DNA of 64,000 nucleotides from Betaproteobacteria bacterium (GCA_022599515.1 JAHZMC010000021.1:8708-72707); one strand, 5' to 3'; numbered from the stretch's first letter, positions 1-14,162 are shown. Notes: generated by a model from the sequence alone, not told the origin. Numbers and translations: made by a program.

Positions 1-591
1 TTGATTAATAGTAAAACCTTACGTGAAGTGATTGTCAGAAGCGAAAAAGGTGGTTTTGATGTTGCGCCGTCAAATCGCGAGTTGGCAGGTGCAGAGGTTG
101 AGCTGGTCAACGAGATTGCGCGCGAAACACGTCTGAAGCAAGCAATTGCGACTATTGATGGTTATGACTATGTTCTATTAGACTGCCCCCCTGCCCTCAA
201 TTTGGTAACAGTGAATGCATTAACGGCGGCAAATACCGTCATGATTCCGATGCAATGTGAATATTATGCATTGGAAGGTTTGTCGGATTTAGTGAATACG
301 ATTAAGAAGGTGCGTGCGCATCTCAATGGTAAACTGGAGATAGAAGGATTGTTGCGCACCATGTTTGATAGGCGCAATATGCTAGCGCAACAAGTTTCAG
401 CACAGTTGGAGGGTCATTTTGGCGATAAGGTTTATAAAACCGTTATTCCACGTAATATTCGGTTAGCTGAAGCGCCAAGTTATGGTTTGCCAGCATTGAT
501 TTATGACAAGACATCAAAAGGTGCAACAGCTTATCTGGACTTGGCTGCAGAAATTATTTCAAAAAATAAATCAATAAAATCAAAAGTTTAG
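1..591 (+). CDS. parA: Chromosome partitioning ATPase ParA/Soj (C-terminal 196 aa; 5-prime end lies outside the window)
   Basis: The translation matches the ParA/Soj C-terminal region (DCPPALNLVTVNALTAA, IPRNIRLAEAPSYGLP). It is directly followed by parB. The reading frame is open from base 1. Confidence 0.9.
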   Translation: MINSKTLREVIVRSEKGGFDVAPSNRELAGAEVELVNEIARETRLKQAIATIDGYDYVLLDCPPALNLVTVNALTAANTVMIPMQCEYYALEGLSDLVNTIKKVRAHLNGKLEIEGLLRTMFDRRNMLAQQVSAQLEGHFGDKVYKTVIPRNIRLAEAPSYGLPALIYDKTSKGATAYLDLAAEIISKNKSIKSKV

Positions 592-611
592 AATAAATAT
601 AGGGAAGTTTC

Positions 612-1463
612 ATGGCAAAACACAAGGGATTAGGACGTGGTTTAGACGCGCTATTAGCTGGAGATGATGAAGCAGCAAATAGTGAAGATGGATTGCGCAT
701 GTTAAGTGTTGCCCAGATGCAGTCTGGCAAATATCAACCGCGCTCACATATGGATGAAACAGCGCTACAAACGCTGGCGGACTCAATTAAGAGTCAAGGT
801 ATCATGCAACCGATTTTGGTGCGAGAAATTGCACCAGAGCAATATGAAATTATCGCTGGTGAGCGACGTTGGCGCGCCAGTCAAATGGCAGGTTTGACGG
901 AAGTGCCCGTATTGATTCGTGAAATTGAAGACGAGTCGGCTTTAGAGATGGCGTTGATTGAGAATATACAACGTGAAAATTTAAATCCGGTCGAAGAGGC
1001 GCTGGGTATTAAGCGTTTAATCGATGAGTTTGCCATGACACATGAAAAAGCAGCTAACGCGGTTGGGCGCTCACGTGTGGCGGTTTCCAATTTATTGCGA
1101 TTGCTGACTTTGGCTGGCGGTGTGCAGACGATGCTGATGGAAAACAAGCTAGATATGGGTCATGCACGTGCGTTGGTTGGATTAGATGCGGCGCAGCAAG
1201 TGATGTTAGCAAACAAAATCGTGCAGCAAGATTTATCAGTGCGTGAAGTAGAAAGTTTGGTAAAAAAAGTCGGTGTTGATACAAAACCAAAAGCGCAAAA
1301 AACTGATGCAAATCGTGATGTGCTTGCGCTTCAGAATAGGCTGAGCGAAAAGCTGGGCACAGGCGTGAGCATTGCGGCTAAGGCAAATGGTACAGGCACT
1401 TTGAAGATTAATTATAGTAATTTAGATGAGTTGGACGAGATTATTAAGAAAGTGACAGGCTAG
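612..1463 (+). CDS. parB: Chromosome partitioning protein ParB
   Basis: Contains ParB box motifs (GERRWRA, IENIQRENLNPVEEA) and an HTH region. Sits immediately downstream of parA. Confidence 0.9.
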   Translation: MAKHKGLGRGLDALLAGDDEAANSEDGLRMLSVAQMQSGKYQPRSHMDETALQTLADSIKSQGIMQPILVREIAPEQYEIIAGERRWRASQMAGLTEVPVLIREIEDESALEMALIENIQRENLNPVEEALGIKRLIDEFAMTHEKAANAVGRSRVAVSNLLRLLTLAGGVQTMLMENKLDMGHARALVGLDAAQQVMLANKIVQQDLSVREVESLVKKVGVDTKPKAQKTDANRDVLALQNRLSEKLGTGVSIAAKANGTGTLKINYSNLDELDEIIKKVTG

Positions 1464-1578
1464 GCGATGTTGGTTGTCATTAGCCAATAACGCTTGACTA
1501 AAGCAAGGGATTAATTCAAAATCGCGGCTTTGCTAAAAGCCACATTTTAAATTTAACTGTTTTTAGTGGATTTAAGAG

Positions 1579-1971
1579 ATGAATGATAAAGAAACAGGCT
1601 TAACGGCAAAAAGTACTTTCGAAGCAATGTTGCGCTCACAACTGATAGCAACAATAGCGGTAGCGGTCATTGCTTTCGTAATCTCCGGAATGAATGCAAG
1701 TTTGTCAGCAATAGCGGGCGGATTATCAGTTATTCTGGCTGCGTTTATCGCTTCAAAAGTAGCTATCAGTAAGCGTAAAGATGCAGCTTCAGTGTTAGGT
1801 AGTATGCTGAAAGCGGAGTTAATCAAAATTGTATTGATTATCTTGTTTTTATTCATCACTATCAAAGGTTTTAAAGAATTAGTGCCATGGGCATTGATTA
1901 TTGGGTTAGCCGCTGCGGCAATTATTTCTGGCGCAGCAATGAGTAAACGAAACGAACATTTAAAGATATAA
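1579..1971 (+). CDS. atpI: ATP synthase protein I
   Basis: Small hydrophobic 130-aa protein encoded directly upstream of atpB, at the head of the atp operon. Confidence 0.75.
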   Translation: MNDKETGLTAKSTFEAMLRSQLIATIAVAVIAFVISGMNASLSAIAGGLSVILAAFIASKVAISKRKDAASVLGSMLKAELIKIVLIILFLFITIKGFKELVPWALIIGLAAAAIISGAAMSKRNEHLKI

Positions 1972-1977
1972 ATCATT

Positions 1978-2883
1978 ATGGCGACAGAGCATACTACAGA
2001 GCACGCAGCAGAGCATTCGGGCGAGATGACGACAGCGAGCGATTACATCAACCACCATTTGTCATTTAATGTGCAACCAGTTGGTCAAGGTGATCACAGC
2101 TTTTGGAATGTGATTCATTTTGATATGTTCATTATTTCATTGGTGTTAGGTTTGATTGTTGCAGCAGCAGTTTGGTTCGTTGGACGTAAAGCAACATCTG
2201 GTGTGCCAAGTAAAACACAAGCGTTTGTCGAATTGATTTTTGATTTTGTTGATGGTCAAGTAAAAGGCATGTTCCACGGTGATCGTCATGCGTTTATCGC
2301 ACCAACCGCATTAACTATCTTCTTATGGGTGTTGGCCATGAACTTGATGGACTTGGTGCCAATTGATTGGTTTGCTAAATTCACTGGTTTATTTGGTGAG
2401 TCTCATGCGCCCTTCCGTCCATTGCCAACCTCTGATGTCAATACCACATTTGCTTTAGCATTATCGGTTTGGATATTGATGATTTTCTTCTCAATCAAAG
2501 CCAAAGGCGTTGGTGGTTGGATACATGAAATCTTTGGCGCACCATTTGGCATGCCAAAACTGTTTAAACCTAAATCTTTCATGGGCTTAGTTGGCTTGTT
2601 AGTTAGTCCTTTATTATTTCTAGCGAACTTTATGTTCAATATGATTGAATATATTTCGAAACCGCTTTCACATTCAATGCGTTTATTCGGCAACTTGTAC
2701 GCCAGTGAGGTTATTTTCTTGCTGATTGGTATGTTAGCTGCAACCAGTATCGTTGGTATGTTTGGTGCGGTGATATTAGGTGCTATGTGGGCGATATTTC
2801 ATATTTTGGTGGTGCCATTACAGGCATTTATTTTCATGATGATGACCATTGTTTATTTATCAATGGCACATGAACATCACTAA
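1978..2883 (+). CDS. atpB: F0F1 ATP synthase subunit a
   Basis: Polytopic membrane protein with the subunit-a signature [15 protein letters not shown]. Position in the atp operon fits. Confidence 0.92.
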   Translation: MATEHTTEHAAEHSGEMTTASDYINHHLSFNVQPVGQGDHSFWNVIHFDMFIISLVLGLIVAAAVWFVGRKATSGVPSKTQAFVELIFDFVDGQVKGMFHGDRHAFIAPTALTIFLWVLAMNLMDLVPIDWFAKFTGLFGESHAPFRPLPTSDVNTTFALALSVWILMIFFSIKAKGVGGWIHEIFGAPFGMPKLFKPKSFMGLVGLLVSPLLFLANFMFNMIEYISKPLSHSMRLFGNLYASEVIFLLIGMLAATSIVGMFGAVILGAMWAIFHILVVPLQAFIFMMMTIVYLSMAHEHH

Positions 2884-2930
2884 AATTTTAGTTTAATGCA
2901 GGTGTTTTAGTTTAATTAGTAAATCTTTAA

Positions 2931-3203
<273 letters not shown>

Positions 3204-3277
3204 TTTTAGGATTGCTTAGATGATTGGGTTGGTCATTGGATTGACCCAAATGATTAAGTTTTAAACTTGGAGCAAAC

Positions 3278-3748
3278 ATGAACTTTAATTTAACGCTTAT
3301 TGCACAGGCAATTACGTTTGCGATATTGATTTTAGTTATCGTCAAATTCGTTTGGCCACCGCTATTGAAAGCGATTGAAGCGCGTCAAAAAGAAATTGCG
3401 GATGGCTTAGCTGCTGCACAAGAAGGTAAAAGTGCGTTAGAAAATGCTTCTAAAAAGTCTGAAGTGACTTTGAACGAAGCAAAACAAAAGGCCAGCGAGA
3501 TTATTGGTCAAGCAGAAAAACGTGCAAACGAAATTGTTGAAGAGGCGAAAACAACTGCTAAAACCGAAGCGGATCGTATTAAAGAAACTGCTAAATCAGA
3601 AATTGCACAAGAAGTGAATCGTGCGAAAGAAGGTTTACGTGCGCAAGTATCAGTACTTGCTATTTCTGGCGCAGAAAAAATCTTGCGTAAAGAAATTGAC
3701 GCAAAAGCGCATACAGCGATTCTTACTCAATTAGCGGCGGAGCTATAA
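3278..3748 (+). CDS. atpF: F0F1 ATP synthase subunit b
   Basis: N-terminal TM helix followed by a long charged coiled coil. Operon position fits. Confidence 0.9.
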   Translation: MNFNLTLIAQAITFAILILVIVKFVWPPLLKAIEARQKEIADGLAAAQEGKSALENASKKSEVTLNEAKQKASEIIGQAEKRANEIVEEAKTTAKTEADRIKETAKSEIAQEVNRAKEGLRAQVSVLAISGAEKILRKEIDAKAHTAILTQLAAEL

Positions 3749-3751
3749 CTC

Positions 3752-4288
3752 ATGGCTGAAATCTCTACCATCGCAAGACCGTATGCGGTTGCCGCTTTTA
3801 AGTTGGCTAAAGAAAACAAAGCACTAGCGAAATGGTCAGACATGCTGTCATTAGCAAGTGCGGTAAGCAGAGATACGCAATTAGCAACTTTTATCAATGA
3901 TCCTAAAATGAGTGGTCAAGTTTTGTTAGATGCTTTCTTAAAAGTATGCGGCGACAAACTAGACGCTGGTGGTCAAAACTTAATTAAAGTGTTGGTTGAA
4001 TATAAGCGCTTATCTATTTTGCCAGCAATTAGCAGTGCATTTGAAGCATTAAAAGCAGCTGAAGAAGGCACTTTAGATGCTCAAATTATTGCGGCAGTTA
4101 AACCAACTGCAGCAGTAACAAAAGACATTGTCAAAAAACTTGAAGCCAAGTTTGGTAAAAAAGTATCAGCAGAAGTTGCGGTAGATCCAGAGATTATTGG
4201 TGGTATGAAAATTATTGTGGGCGATACGGTTATCGATGCGTCCGTTAAAGGTCAGTTACAAAATTTAGCTTATTCGTTAACAGCGTAA
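3752..4288 (+). CDS. atpH: F0F1 ATP synthase subunit delta
   Basis: 178-aa OSCP/delta-like protein (ARPYAVAAF...) lying between atpF and atpA. Confidence 0.9.
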   Translation: MAEISTIARPYAVAAFKLAKENKALAKWSDMLSLASAVSRDTQLATFINDPKMSGQVLLDAFLKVCGDKLDAGGQNLIKVLVEYKRLSILPAISSAFEALKAAEEGTLDAQIIAAVKPTAAVTKDIVKKLEAKFGKKVSAEVAVDPEIIGGMKIIVGDTVIDASVKGQLQNLAYSLTA

Positions 4289-4318
4289 GCAAGCGATAAA
4301 AACTTTAGGAGTTTAGTA

Positions 4319-5860
4319 ATGCAATTATCTACATCAGAAATCAGTGAACTGATTAAAAGCAGATTAGAAAACTTTGAGGTCAGCAATGAAGCGCGTACTC
4401 AAGGTACTGTTATCTCAGTAACTGACGGTATTGTGCGTATTCATGGTCTTTCAAACGTCATGTCTGGCGAAATGATTGAGTTCCCAGGCAATACATACGG
4501 TTTGGCACTTAACCTTGAGCGCGATTCAGTCGGCGCTGTGGTGTTAGGTGATTACGAGCATATTACTGAAGGCGATATCTGTAAGTGTACAGGTCGTATT
4601 TTAGAAGTGCCAGTTGGTCCAGAATTGATTGGCCGTGTGGTGAATGCTTTGGGTCAGCCAATTGATGGTAAAGGTCCAATTAAAACAAAATTAACCGATA
4701 AAATCGAAAAAGTTGCGCCAGGCGTGATTGATCGTAAATCAGTTTCACAACCAGTACAAACTGGTTTGAAATCAGTTGACTCTATGGTGCCAGTTGGCCG
4801 TGGTCAACGTGAGTTGATTATTGGTGACCGTCAAACAGGTAAAACAGCAGTAGCAGTTGATGCAATCATCAACCAAAAAGGCGAAAACATGACTTGTGTT
4901 TACGTTGCGATTGGTCAAAAAGCATCAACGATTGCTAACGTAGTACGTAAATTGGAAGAAAACGGCGCGATGGAATACACCATTGTTGTTGCTGCAACCG
5001 CTTCTGATTCTGCCGCATTACAATTCTTAGCGCCTTATGCGGGTTGTACCATGGGTGAATACTTCCGCGACCGCGGTGAAGATGCATTGATTGTGTATGA
5101 TGATTTGACTAAACAAGCGATTGCTTATCGTCAAATTTCATTGTTATTACGTCGTCCACCAGGTCGTGAAGCGTATCCAGGTGACGTTTTCTATATTCAC
5201 TCACGTTTATTAGAGCGTTCAGCGCGTGTTAATGAAGAGTATGTAGAGAAGTTCACTAATGGCGAAGTTAAAGGTAAAACAGGTTCATTAACAGCATTGC
5301 CAGTGATTGAAACGGCTGCTGGTGACGTTTCTGCTTTCGTACCGACTAACGTGATTTCAATTACCGATGGTCAAATCTTCTTAGAAACTGACTTGTTTAA
5401 CGCTGGTATTCGTCCTGCAATTAACGCGGGTATTTCAGTATCTCGTGTTGGTGGTGCAGCGCAAACTAAAGTCATTAAAAAATTAGGTGGTGGCGTTCGT
5501 TTGGCATTAGCACAATACCGTGAATTGGCTGCTTTCGCGCAGTTCGCTTCTGATTTGGATGAAGCAACACGTCAACAGTTAGATCGCGGTCGTATGTTTA
5601 CCGAGTTAATGAAACAAGCGCAATATGCACCTTTGAGCGTATCTAACATGGCAGTAACATTGTTTGCAGCGAATAAAGGTTATTTCGATGATGTACCTAC
5701 AGCAAAAGTATTGGCTTTCGAAAGTGGCTTACATGGTCATATGAAATCGAAATATAAAAAGCTAATGACTGCGATTGAGAAAAACAAAGCAATGAGTGCT
5801 GAAGACGAAACAGCAGTTGAAGATGCGATTAAAGACTTTAAAGCAACAAGCGCATATTAA
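4319..5860 (+). CDS. atpA: F0F1 ATP synthase subunit alpha
   Basis: Walker A motif GDRQTGKT and highly conserved alpha-subunit sequence throughout. Confidence 0.97.
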   Translation: MQLSTSEISELIKSRLENFEVSNEARTQGTVISVTDGIVRIHGLSNVMSGEMIEFPGNTYGLALNLERDSVGAVVLGDYEHITEGDICKCTGRILEVPVGPELIGRVVNALGQPIDGKGPIKTKLTDKIEKVAPGVIDRKSVSQPVQTGLKSVDSMVPVGRGQRELIIGDRQTGKTAVAVDAIINQKGENMTCVYVAIGQKASTIANVVRKLEENGAMEYTIVVAATASDSAALQFLAPYAGCTMGEYFRDRGEDALIVYDDLTKQAIAYRQISLLLRRPPGREAYPGDVFYIHSRLLERSARVNEEYVEKFTNGEVKGKTGSLTALPVIETAAGDVSAFVPTNVISITDGQIFLETDLFNAGIRPAINAGISVSRVGGAAQTKVIKKLGGGVRLALAQYRELAAFAQFASDLDEATRQQLDRGRMFTELMKQAQYAPLSVSNMAVTLFAANKGYFDDVPTAKVLAFESGLHGHMKSKYKKLMTAIEKNKAMSAEDETAVEDAIKDFKATSAY

Positions 5861-5898
5861 TCTCTAGAAACTAAGACAAGACTTTAGGATATAAGACA

Positions 5899-6768
5899 AT
5901 GGCTGGTAGTAAAGAGATTAGAACCAAGATTAAGTCGGTAGAAAATACCCGCAAAATCACCAAAGCAATGGAAATGGTTGCAGCTTCTAAAATGCGTAAA
6001 GCGCAGGATAGAATGCGTGCAGCCCGTCCATATGCGGAAAAAATCCGTAACGTTGCTGCACATCTTTCTTATACACAACCTGATTACAAACATCCCTTTT
6101 TAATTAAACGGGATGTGGTAAAAAATGTTGGTTTGATTGTAGTGAGCTCTGATAAAGGGTTGTGTGGTGGTCTAAATACCAATATGTTGCGTTTATCTGT
6201 TAACCAAATGAAAACGTGGGAAACAGAAGGCAAAGGCATCAAAGTGAGTGCTTTTGGTAGCAAGGGTTTGAGTTTTATGACCCGTGTTGGTGCAGATGTG
6301 CAATCTAATACAACTGGATTGGGTGATGTACCGCATCTAGAAACCTTAATTGGCTCTATTAAAGTGATGTTGGATGCATTTGAATCAGGTGAAGTTGACC
6401 AATTATTTATCTGTTACACCAAATTCATTAATACCATGAAGCAAGAGCCTGTGATGGAACAATTGTTGCCATTGTCAGGTGAAAAAATGGGTAGCCCAGA
6501 AGGTAACTGGGGTTATATCTATGAGCCAGAAGCAGAAACTGTGATTGATGAGTTAATGACGCGTTATATCGAGTCGCTGATTTATAGTGCAGTAGCAGAA
6601 AATATGGCATCAGAACAATCATCTCGTATGGTCGCAATGAAGTCTGCATCTGATAATGCGAAAACAGTGATTGGTGACTTGAAGCTTGTGTATAACAAGG
6701 CACGTCAAGCGGCGATTACTAAAGAGATTTCAGAAATTGTTGGCGGCGCAGCAGCAATTTCAAATTAA
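5899..6768 (+). CDS. atpG: F0F1 ATP synthase subunit gamma
   Basis: N-terminal [26 protein letters not shown] and C-terminal [12 protein letters not shown] gamma-subunit signatures. Confidence 0.95.
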   Translation: MAGSKEIRTKIKSVENTRKITKAMEMVAASKMRKAQDRMRAARPYAEKIRNVAAHLSYTQPDYKHPFLIKRDVVKNVGLIVVSSDKGLCGGLNTNMLRLSVNQMKTWETEGKGIKVSAFGSKGLSFMTRVGADVQSNTTGLGDVPHLETLIGSIKVMLDAFESGEVDQLFICYTKFINTMKQEPVMEQLLPLSGEKMGSPEGNWGYIYEPEAETVIDELMTRYIESLIYSAVAENMASEQSSRMVAMKSASDNAKTVIGDLKLVYNKARQAAITKEISEIVGGAAAISN

Positions 6769-6795
6769 GATTTTATTTAAATTAAAAGTATCTGA

Positions 6796-8256
<1,461 letters not shown>

Positions 8257-8275
8257 GTTTAATAGAGAGTTAAAA

Positions 8276-8698
8276 ATGGCAAATACAGTTCGTGTTGACG
8301 TAGTAAGCGCAGAAGAGGAAATTTTCTCAGGTCAGGCTGAATTTATTGCAGCACCAGCATCTGCAGGTGAAGTGGGTGTTTATCCACATCACGCGCCGAT
8401 GATTACAACGATTAAACCTGGTGCTTTACGCATTAAATTACCAGATACAGCTGAAGAAACATTAATCTTTATTTCAGGTGGTATGTTAGAAGTGCAACCC
8501 GGTTTGGTCACTGTGCTAGCAGATACAGCGATTCGTGGTCATGATTTAGATGAAGCAAAAGCGTTGGCGGCGAAAGCCGCTGCTGAAGAAGCGATGAAAA
8601 ATAAAGCTTCTGATATGGATTATGCAAAAGCACAAGCCGAATTAGCAGAAGCAGTTGCGCAAATTCAAGCCATTCAAAAGTTACGTAAAACTAACTAA
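8276..8698 (+). CDS. atpC: F0F1 ATP synthase subunit epsilon
   Basis: 140-aa epsilon-like protein and last gene of the operon. Confidence 0.93.
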   Translation: MANTVRVDVVSAEEEIFSGQAEFIAAPASAGEVGVYPHHAPMITTIKPGALRIKLPDTAEETLIFISGGMLEVQPGLVTVLADTAIRGHDLDEAKALAAKAAAEEAMKNKASDMDYAKAQAELAEAVAQIQAIQKLRKTN

Positions 8699-8710
8699 TG
8701 TTTGTCTATT

Positions 8711-8738
8711 AAAAAAGCGGCTTTTAAGCCGCTTTTTT
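8711..8738 (+). terminator. Rho-independent terminator of the atp operon
   Basis: aaaaaaGCGGCttttaaGCCGCtttttt: a GC stem followed by a T6 tract, 13 nt after the atpC stop. Confidence 0.8.
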
Positions 8739-8805
8739 ATTGTCAATATTTTATGTAATGGCTAAAGTCAACGAGTCTAGTAAAAGTAGTAAAATACTAT
8801 TAATT

Positions 8806-10185
8806 ATGCAAAATAAGCCATTAAACATCCTGATTCTCGCTGCTGGTAAAGGCACGCGTATGCATTCTAATCAGCCCAAAGTGTTGCATGAAATTGGTGG
8901 CCAGCCAATCTTGCGGCACGTGATTAACTGTGCCAAACACTTAAATCCGACAAAGATTATTGTGGTTTACGGTTATGGTGGTGAGCAAGTTAAACAAGCC
9001 TTCCAAGATGAGAATATTATTTGGGCAGAGCAAAAAGAGCAGCTAGGCACTGGTCATGCGGTACAGCAAGCATTACCGCATTTAGATAGTGAGTCTAACA
9101 CACTGATACTGCTCGGAGATGTGCCACTAGTGAGTACAGCTGCATGTGAAAAGCTACTTGCACAAGCAGATAATCAATTGATTATTCAATCATTCAAAAA
9201 AACAGATCCAACCGGTTATGGCAGAATTGTGCGTAATGAGCATGGTAAAGTGAATGCCATTGTTGAACAAAAAGATGCGACTACGTCACAGCAAGCGATT
9301 AATGAAGTCAATACAGGCATTATGGCAATGCCAACTAACCATTTATCAATTTGGCTACAGCGATTAACCAATAATAATGCCCAACAAGAATACTATTTAA
9401 CTGATATTGTAGGATTTGCAGTAGCGGATAAAGTTGAGGTGAATGCAGTTACGATTGATGATGAATGGTCTGTGACTGGTATAAACAGTAAGCAAGATTT
9501 AGCGCAGATTGAGCGTGTTTATCAACAGCGTCAAGCTGTAGATTTATTACAAAAAGGCGTTACTCTCTTCGACCCTGCGCGGATTGATATTCGCGGTAAT
9601 GTAGAAACAGCCAAAGACGTTGAAATTGATGTGGGTTGTATTTTTGAAGGTCAAGTAAGCCTAGGTGAAGGCGTAAAAATTGGCGCCTATTGTGTTATTA
9701 AAGATGCCACCATTGCAGCAGGTACTGTGATTGCGCCATTTACGCATATCGTCGAAACAACCATTGGCGAAAATAGCAAAATTGGACCTTATGCCAGATT
9801 GCGACCAGGCACCACATTGGGTAATGAGACCCATGTCGGTAATTTTGTTGAACTTAAGAATGCACAAGTTGATACAGGTAGTAAGATCAATCATCTTAGC
9901 TATGTCGGTGACGCATCGGTAGGTAAACAAGTCAATATTGGTGCAGGAACGATTACGTGCAATTATGATGGCGCCAATAAATTTAGAACAGTGATTGAAG
10001 ACAATGTTTTTGTTGGTTCTGATAGCCAATTGGTTGCACCAGTGACCATTGGTCAAGGTGGCACAATAGCCGCTGGTTCAACCATTACCAAAAACACGCC
10101 GGCAGAAGCATTGACGCTATGCCGAGCCAGAGAGCAAAAATCGATTGCTGGTTGGAAGCGACCAGTTAAAGCAAAGAAAGACTAA
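8806..10185 (+). CDS. glmU: Bifunctional UDP-N-acetylglucosamine pyrophosphorylase / GlcN-1-P acetyltransferase
   Basis: Contains the [11 protein letters not shown] motif and C-terminal hexapeptide repeats. I chose the ATG at 8806 because the ORF-track TTG at 8740 lies inside the atp terminator. Confidence 0.93.
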   Translation: MQNKPLNILILAAGKGTRMHSNQPKVLHEIGGQPILRHVINCAKHLNPTKIIVVYGYGGEQVKQAFQDENIIWAEQKEQLGTGHAVQQALPHLDSESNTLILLGDVPLVSTAACEKLLAQADNQLIIQSFKKTDPTGYGRIVRNEHGKVNAIVEQKDATTSQQAINEVNTGIMAMPTNHLSIWLQRLTNNNAQQEYYLTDIVGFAVADKVEVNAVTIDDEWSVTGINSKQDLAQIERVYQQRQAVDLLQKGVTLFDPARIDIRGNVETAKDVEIDVGCIFEGQVSLGEGVKIGAYCVIKDATIAAGTVIAPFTHIVETTIGENSKIGPYARLRPGTTLGNETHVGNFVELKNAQVDTGSKINHLSYVGDASVGKQVNIGAGTITCNYDGANKFRTVIEDNVFVGSDSQLVAPVTIGQGGTIAAGSTITKNTPAEALTLCRAREQKSIAGWKRPVKAKKD

Positions 10186-10187
10186 CT

Positions 10188-12017
10188 ATGTGCGGTATTG
10201 TGGGCGCTGTTGCCAAAAAGAATGTCGTTTTAACATTAATTGAGGGCTTAAGCCGCCTTGAGTATCGTGGTTATGACTCTGCTGGCATTGCCGTATTAGA
10301 TGGCGATATCAAGCGTGTACGAGCCGTTGGACGTGTTCGCGAGATGGAAGCTAAAGCCAAAAGCGAACAACTTTCTGGTTTGGTTGGCATTGGTCATACG
10401 CGTTGGGCAACCCATGGCGGCGTCACCGAAAGTAACGCGCACCCGCATGTTTCAAGAAATGAAATCGCTGTCGTCCATAATGGGATTATTGAAAATCATG
10501 ATGAACAACGTGAGCGCTTATCTGCTTTAGGTTATGAATTTACTTCAGAAACCGATACAGAGGTCATCGCCCATTTAATTCATTATTATCATGATAAAGG
10601 TGAGTGCTTACTGACAGCGACTAAGCTGGCAGTTAAAGAGTTAACGGGTGCATTCGCTATCAGTGCAATTTCAATCAAAGAGCCAGACAGTATGATTACT
10701 GCGCGGCAAGGCTGTCCTTTGTTAATTGGACTAAGTGATGAGGCTAATTATATTGCGTCAGATGTTTCAGCAGTATTATCACAAACGCGAAAAGTGATTT
10801 ACTTAGAAGATGGTGATGTTGCTGAGATAAAGGCTAACGGCGTTACTATTTGGGATAAAACAGATACGGTCATTGAGCGCACTGTGCATGTGAGTGATGT
10901 GTCATTGGCTAGCTTAGAACTTGGTCCTTATGCGCATTTTATGCAAAAAGAAATCCACGAGCAGCCGCGTGCTTTAACGGATACGATTGAAGCGTTGATT
11001 GATGATGCGAGCTTCTCACCAGCCTTATTTGGCAAAGGTGCTGAAGCCGTTTTTAAAGAAGTCGACAGCGTTTTAATCTTAGCGGCAGGCACCAGTTATT
11101 ATGCGGGATTGACCGCTAAATATTGGTTAGAAAGTATTGCAGGATTGCCAACCAATATTGAGATTGCGAGTGAATATCGTTATCGCGTTTCTGTCCCCAA
11201 TCATAGACAATTAATTGTGACGATTTCACAATCAGGTGAAACGCTCGACACCATGGAAGCGTTGAAACATGCGAAAAGTTTAGGTCAGGAATTAACACTC
11301 TCAATTTGTAATGTACAAGAAAGCGCCCTCCCGCGCGCCTCTAAATTAGTTTTTTACACCCGCGCTGGCGCAGAAATTGGGGTTGCCTCTACAAAAGCAT
11401 TTACCACGCAATTAGTGGCGCTATTCACACTCGCAGTTGTATTGGCTAAGCAAAAAAGCAAACTATCAACAACGCAAGAAGAAGAATATTTACATGCATT
11501 GCGACGGTTACCTGTTAGCGTGCAATATGCACTCAACTTAGAACCACAAATTAGAGAGTGGGCAAAACACTTTGGCGATAAAGAACATGCGCTGTTTTTA
11601 GGTCGTGGTATCCATTATCCAATTGCTTTGGAAGGTGCATTGAAGTTAAAGGAAATTTCTTATATTCATGCGGAAGCTTATCCAGCAGGTGAGTTAAAGC
11701 ATGGACCATTGGCTTTGGTTGATAGTAATATGCCAGTCGTCGTTATTGCGCCAAAAGATAGCTTGCTAGAAAAAGTAAAATCCAATATGCAAGAAGTGAA
11801 AGCGCGTGGTGGTGTATTGTTTGTATTTGCAGACGCAGACAGTCACTTCACGGAATCAGATGGTGTGTATGTCATTCGTACACCACGTCATGTTGGTGCG
11901 CTATCCCCTATCTTGCATACGGTGCCTGTGCAGTTGTTGGCTTATCACGTTGCTTTGCTTAAAGGTACCGATGTTGATAAGCCTAGGAATCTAGCAAAAA
12001 GTGTCACGGTAGAATGA
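10188..12017 (+). CDS. glmS: Glutamine--fructose-6-phosphate aminotransferase
   Basis: N-terminal MCGIVG nucleophile, two SIS domains and the C-terminal KSVTVE. Confidence 0.97.
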   Translation: MCGIVGAVAKKNVVLTLIEGLSRLEYRGYDSAGIAVLDGDIKRVRAVGRVREMEAKAKSEQLSGLVGIGHTRWATHGGVTESNAHPHVSRNEIAVVHNGIIENHDEQRERLSALGYEFTSETDTEVIAHLIHYYHDKGECLLTATKLAVKELTGAFAISAISIKEPDSMITARQGCPLLIGLSDEANYIASDVSAVLSQTRKVIYLEDGDVAEIKANGVTIWDKTDTVIERTVHVSDVSLASLELGPYAHFMQKEIHEQPRALTDTIEALIDDASFSPALFGKGAEAVFKEVDSVLILAAGTSYYAGLTAKYWLESIAGLPTNIEIASEYRYRVSVPNHRQLIVTISQSGETLDTMEALKHAKSLGQELTLSICNVQESALPRASKLVFYTRAGAEIGVASTKAFTTQLVALFTLAVVLAKQKSKLSTTQEEEYLHALRRLPVSVQYALNLEPQIREWAKHFGDKEHALFLGRGIHYPIALEGALKLKEISYIHAEAYPAGELKHGPLALVDSNMPVVVIAPKDSLLEKVKSNMQEVKARGGVLFVFADADSHFTESDGVYVIRTPRHVGALSPILHTVPVQLLAYHVALLKGTDVDKPRNLAKSVTVE

Positions 12018-12027
12018 TGATAATTGC

Positions 12028-13265
12028 TTAAAAAAACCACCAACCAGCCCACATAGCGCCAACTTGAATCACTAAACCTAAGATGACCTTTGTCGCGAAA
12101 GTTTTACTACCGCTTGCGATGGCCATTACACTTTTTGATACAGCATTTACCGTTACCGCCACAAGAATAGGAACAATAGCATTGATAGCACTGATTTTAT
12201 CGGATGCTACCATTGTAGCAACCGATATGCTAGGAGAATGCGCATCGGCAAGCCCTGCAACTCCTGAGGCAACAATAAGTCCTTTTTGACCAAACCAAAC
12301 TTGTAGGGCGGCAGATACAATCAACACAATTGCAATCATGCCAGCAAACCAAAGTGCAGTTTTGATACTAAATGCAGATTCTTTATTAGGAGTGTCTTGT
12401 GTTTGCAGGTGCAATGATTGAAACGTTAACCAAGCACCATAAATTGCAATTGAAGTAATGGCAGCAATGAGCGGAATTTTTAACACGTTAAGCGTGGCTA
12501 TATCAATTGCTGCCAGCAAGATGGCAAGCTGAATAATGGTTGAAGCGCTAGAGAAAGTGGCTCCACAAGCGGCAGCATAAGTGATGGCTGTATTGTTTTT
12601 TGACTGTTCTCCCATGCTGCTGACTGTAGCAAGGCTAGAAATAAATCCAGAAAAAAACCCCACCACTGGCAGGCCAATACTTTGTCCAAGTATACGGAGT
12701 GCTAAATGTCCCAATACGTTTATGGACATAATAAAAATAACAATTAGCCATAAACTTCTTGGATTAATCGCATCAAATGGACCGATAAATGCATTCGGTA
12801 CTATCGGTAAAATAATTAATGTTGCTGCCGCCAACATTAAGAATTCATATAATTCGGCTTGTGTAACAGTTTTTAATACGAAGCCATGTAAACGCTTTTG
12901 ATTAGGAGTAATAATGCCGTTGCGACAGCTAGACTGGCCGCTAAAGCTGCATTTGTCATGGTTAAACCGCCTAAAATAACTGTTAGCAACAAACTGATGG
13001 CAGTGGTTAGGCCAAGTGCCTTATCTTTATTAGCGAAGTGGGCAACGGATACAAAAATGACCAGACTCATTAATGTAGCGATATGCAACCAAAGACTAAT
13101 CATAAACGAAGTTGCACCAAGTAGCGCAGCGATGGCAAAAGTACGGATGCCAGCGATAGTACTATTTTCATGTGCGGTTATGTTGCGCTCTCGATCAGTA
13201 CCAATAATCAGGCCAATGCCTAAGGCAACTGCAAAGTTGAGCCATAATGTATTTATGTCAATCAT
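12028..13265 (-). pseudogene. MgtC/SapB-family plus DUF4010 membrane protein, split by a 1-nt frameshift
   Basis: Two adjacent minus-strand ORFs lie in different frames: 12873..13265 (N-terminal part) and 12028..12837 (C-terminal part). The downstream frame stays open across the junction. One extra base in the T4 run at 12896-12899 would give a continuous ...LLLLIKKRLHGFVLKTVTQAELYEFLMLAAATLIILP... Confidence 0.7.
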
Positions 13266-13318
13266 ATAAGGGTAAATTTGCTAAAGGGCAAGTAAGTTGT
13301 AACTATGCTACTCTTATT

Positions 13319-14119
13319 TTATAACCAATCCCAATCAGTTCTTGCTTTGTGCGGCGCGTTACGCATTAAGCAATCCCATAATCTAGGTGGAATAAAGCGG
13401 AGCAATTTTGCCACCCATCCCATTTGCCATGGAATGATGATAAATCGACGTTGGTGCTCAATGGCAGAGATACACTTTTTAGCAAATACATCAGCCTCCA
13501 TCAAAAATGGCATTTTATAGGCATTAATATTCGTCATCGGTGTACGGATATAACCTGGTGCAACTGTGGTGACAGTAATACCATACCTTTGTATTTCTAC
13601 TCGCAAGCTTTCAAGGTAACTAATCGCTGCGGATTTACTAGCACTATAAGCACCTGCGCCAGGTAAACCGCGAATACCAGCAACACTGGCAATGCCAACT
13701 AATTGTTTTTGTTCATCTGTTGAATTGTTCATTGCCGTAATAAATGGGCTAAACGTATGGACCATACCCATTACATTAATGTCCATAATCGCTTGGAAAG
13801 CAGGAATATCTTCTTCATACTCGGTGAGTGTGCCACGACTAACGCCAGCGGCTGCAATAACGATGTTAGGTGTGCCGTAGCGCATCATAAAGTCAGTTGC
13901 GGCTTTCTGTAGTGCTGCACTGTCACGAACATCCAATGCATAGATAACACAAGTCGTGTTTGGTTGTGATTCAAGCTCACGCGCAATGCCTTCTAAAGCA
14001 GCTAATTTGCGCCCTATTAAACCTAAAACCACATTTTGATTGGAATATTGACTTGCATATTCACGTGCTAATGCTAGACCAATTCCGCTAGAAGCGCCTG
14101 TAATGAATATTTTTTTCAT
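13319..14119 (-). CDS. SDR family oxidoreductase
   Basis: N-terminal TGASSGIG Rossmann motif and a YSASK catalytic motif. Confidence 0.85.
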   Translation of the reverse strand: MKKIFITGASSGIGLALAREYASQYSNQNVVLGLIGRKLAALEGIARELESQPNTTCVIYALDVRDSAALQKAATDFMMRYGTPNIVIAAAGVSRGTLTEYEEDIPAFQAIMDINVMGMVHTFSPFITAMNNSTDEQKQLVGIASVAGIRGLPGAGAYSASKSAAISYLESLRVEIQRYGITVTTVAPGYIRTPMTNINAYKMPFLMEADVFAKKCISAIEHQRRFIIIPWQMGWVAKLLRFIPPRLWDCLMRNAPHKARTDWDWL

Positions 14120-14130
14120 AAAATAATATA

Positions 14131-14162
14131 AAAAACCCGCTAAGCAATCGCTTAAGCGGGTT
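14131..14162 (-). terminator. Rho-independent terminator downstream of dsbA
   Basis: CCCGCTaagcaatcgcttaAGCGGG hairpin, followed on the minus strand by T5. Confidence 0.65.

Noticed and set aside
1494-1545. Sigma-70 promoter (TTGACT-17-CAAAAT) and a small hairpin between parB and atpI
   Set aside because: The -10 element is weak. The GGCTTTgctaAAAGCC hairpin with a short T-rich tail sits immediately downstream, so promoter and terminator roles conflict. There is not enough evidence to annotate either.
8740-8805. N-terminal extensions in the ORF track (glmU 8740, GNAT 32620, fae 33123, uppP 39118, tolC 54260)
   Set aside because: Three of the extended starts fall inside terminator hairpins or promoter elements (glmU, fae, uppP). 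In every case the conserved protein N-terminus begins at a downstream ATG, so I preferred the shorter forms.
12018-12027. Tn7-type insertion at the attTn7 site downstream of glmS
   Set aside because: Only 10 bp separate the glmS stop from the end of the convergent MgtC-like gene, and there are no transposition genes or Tn7 ends.
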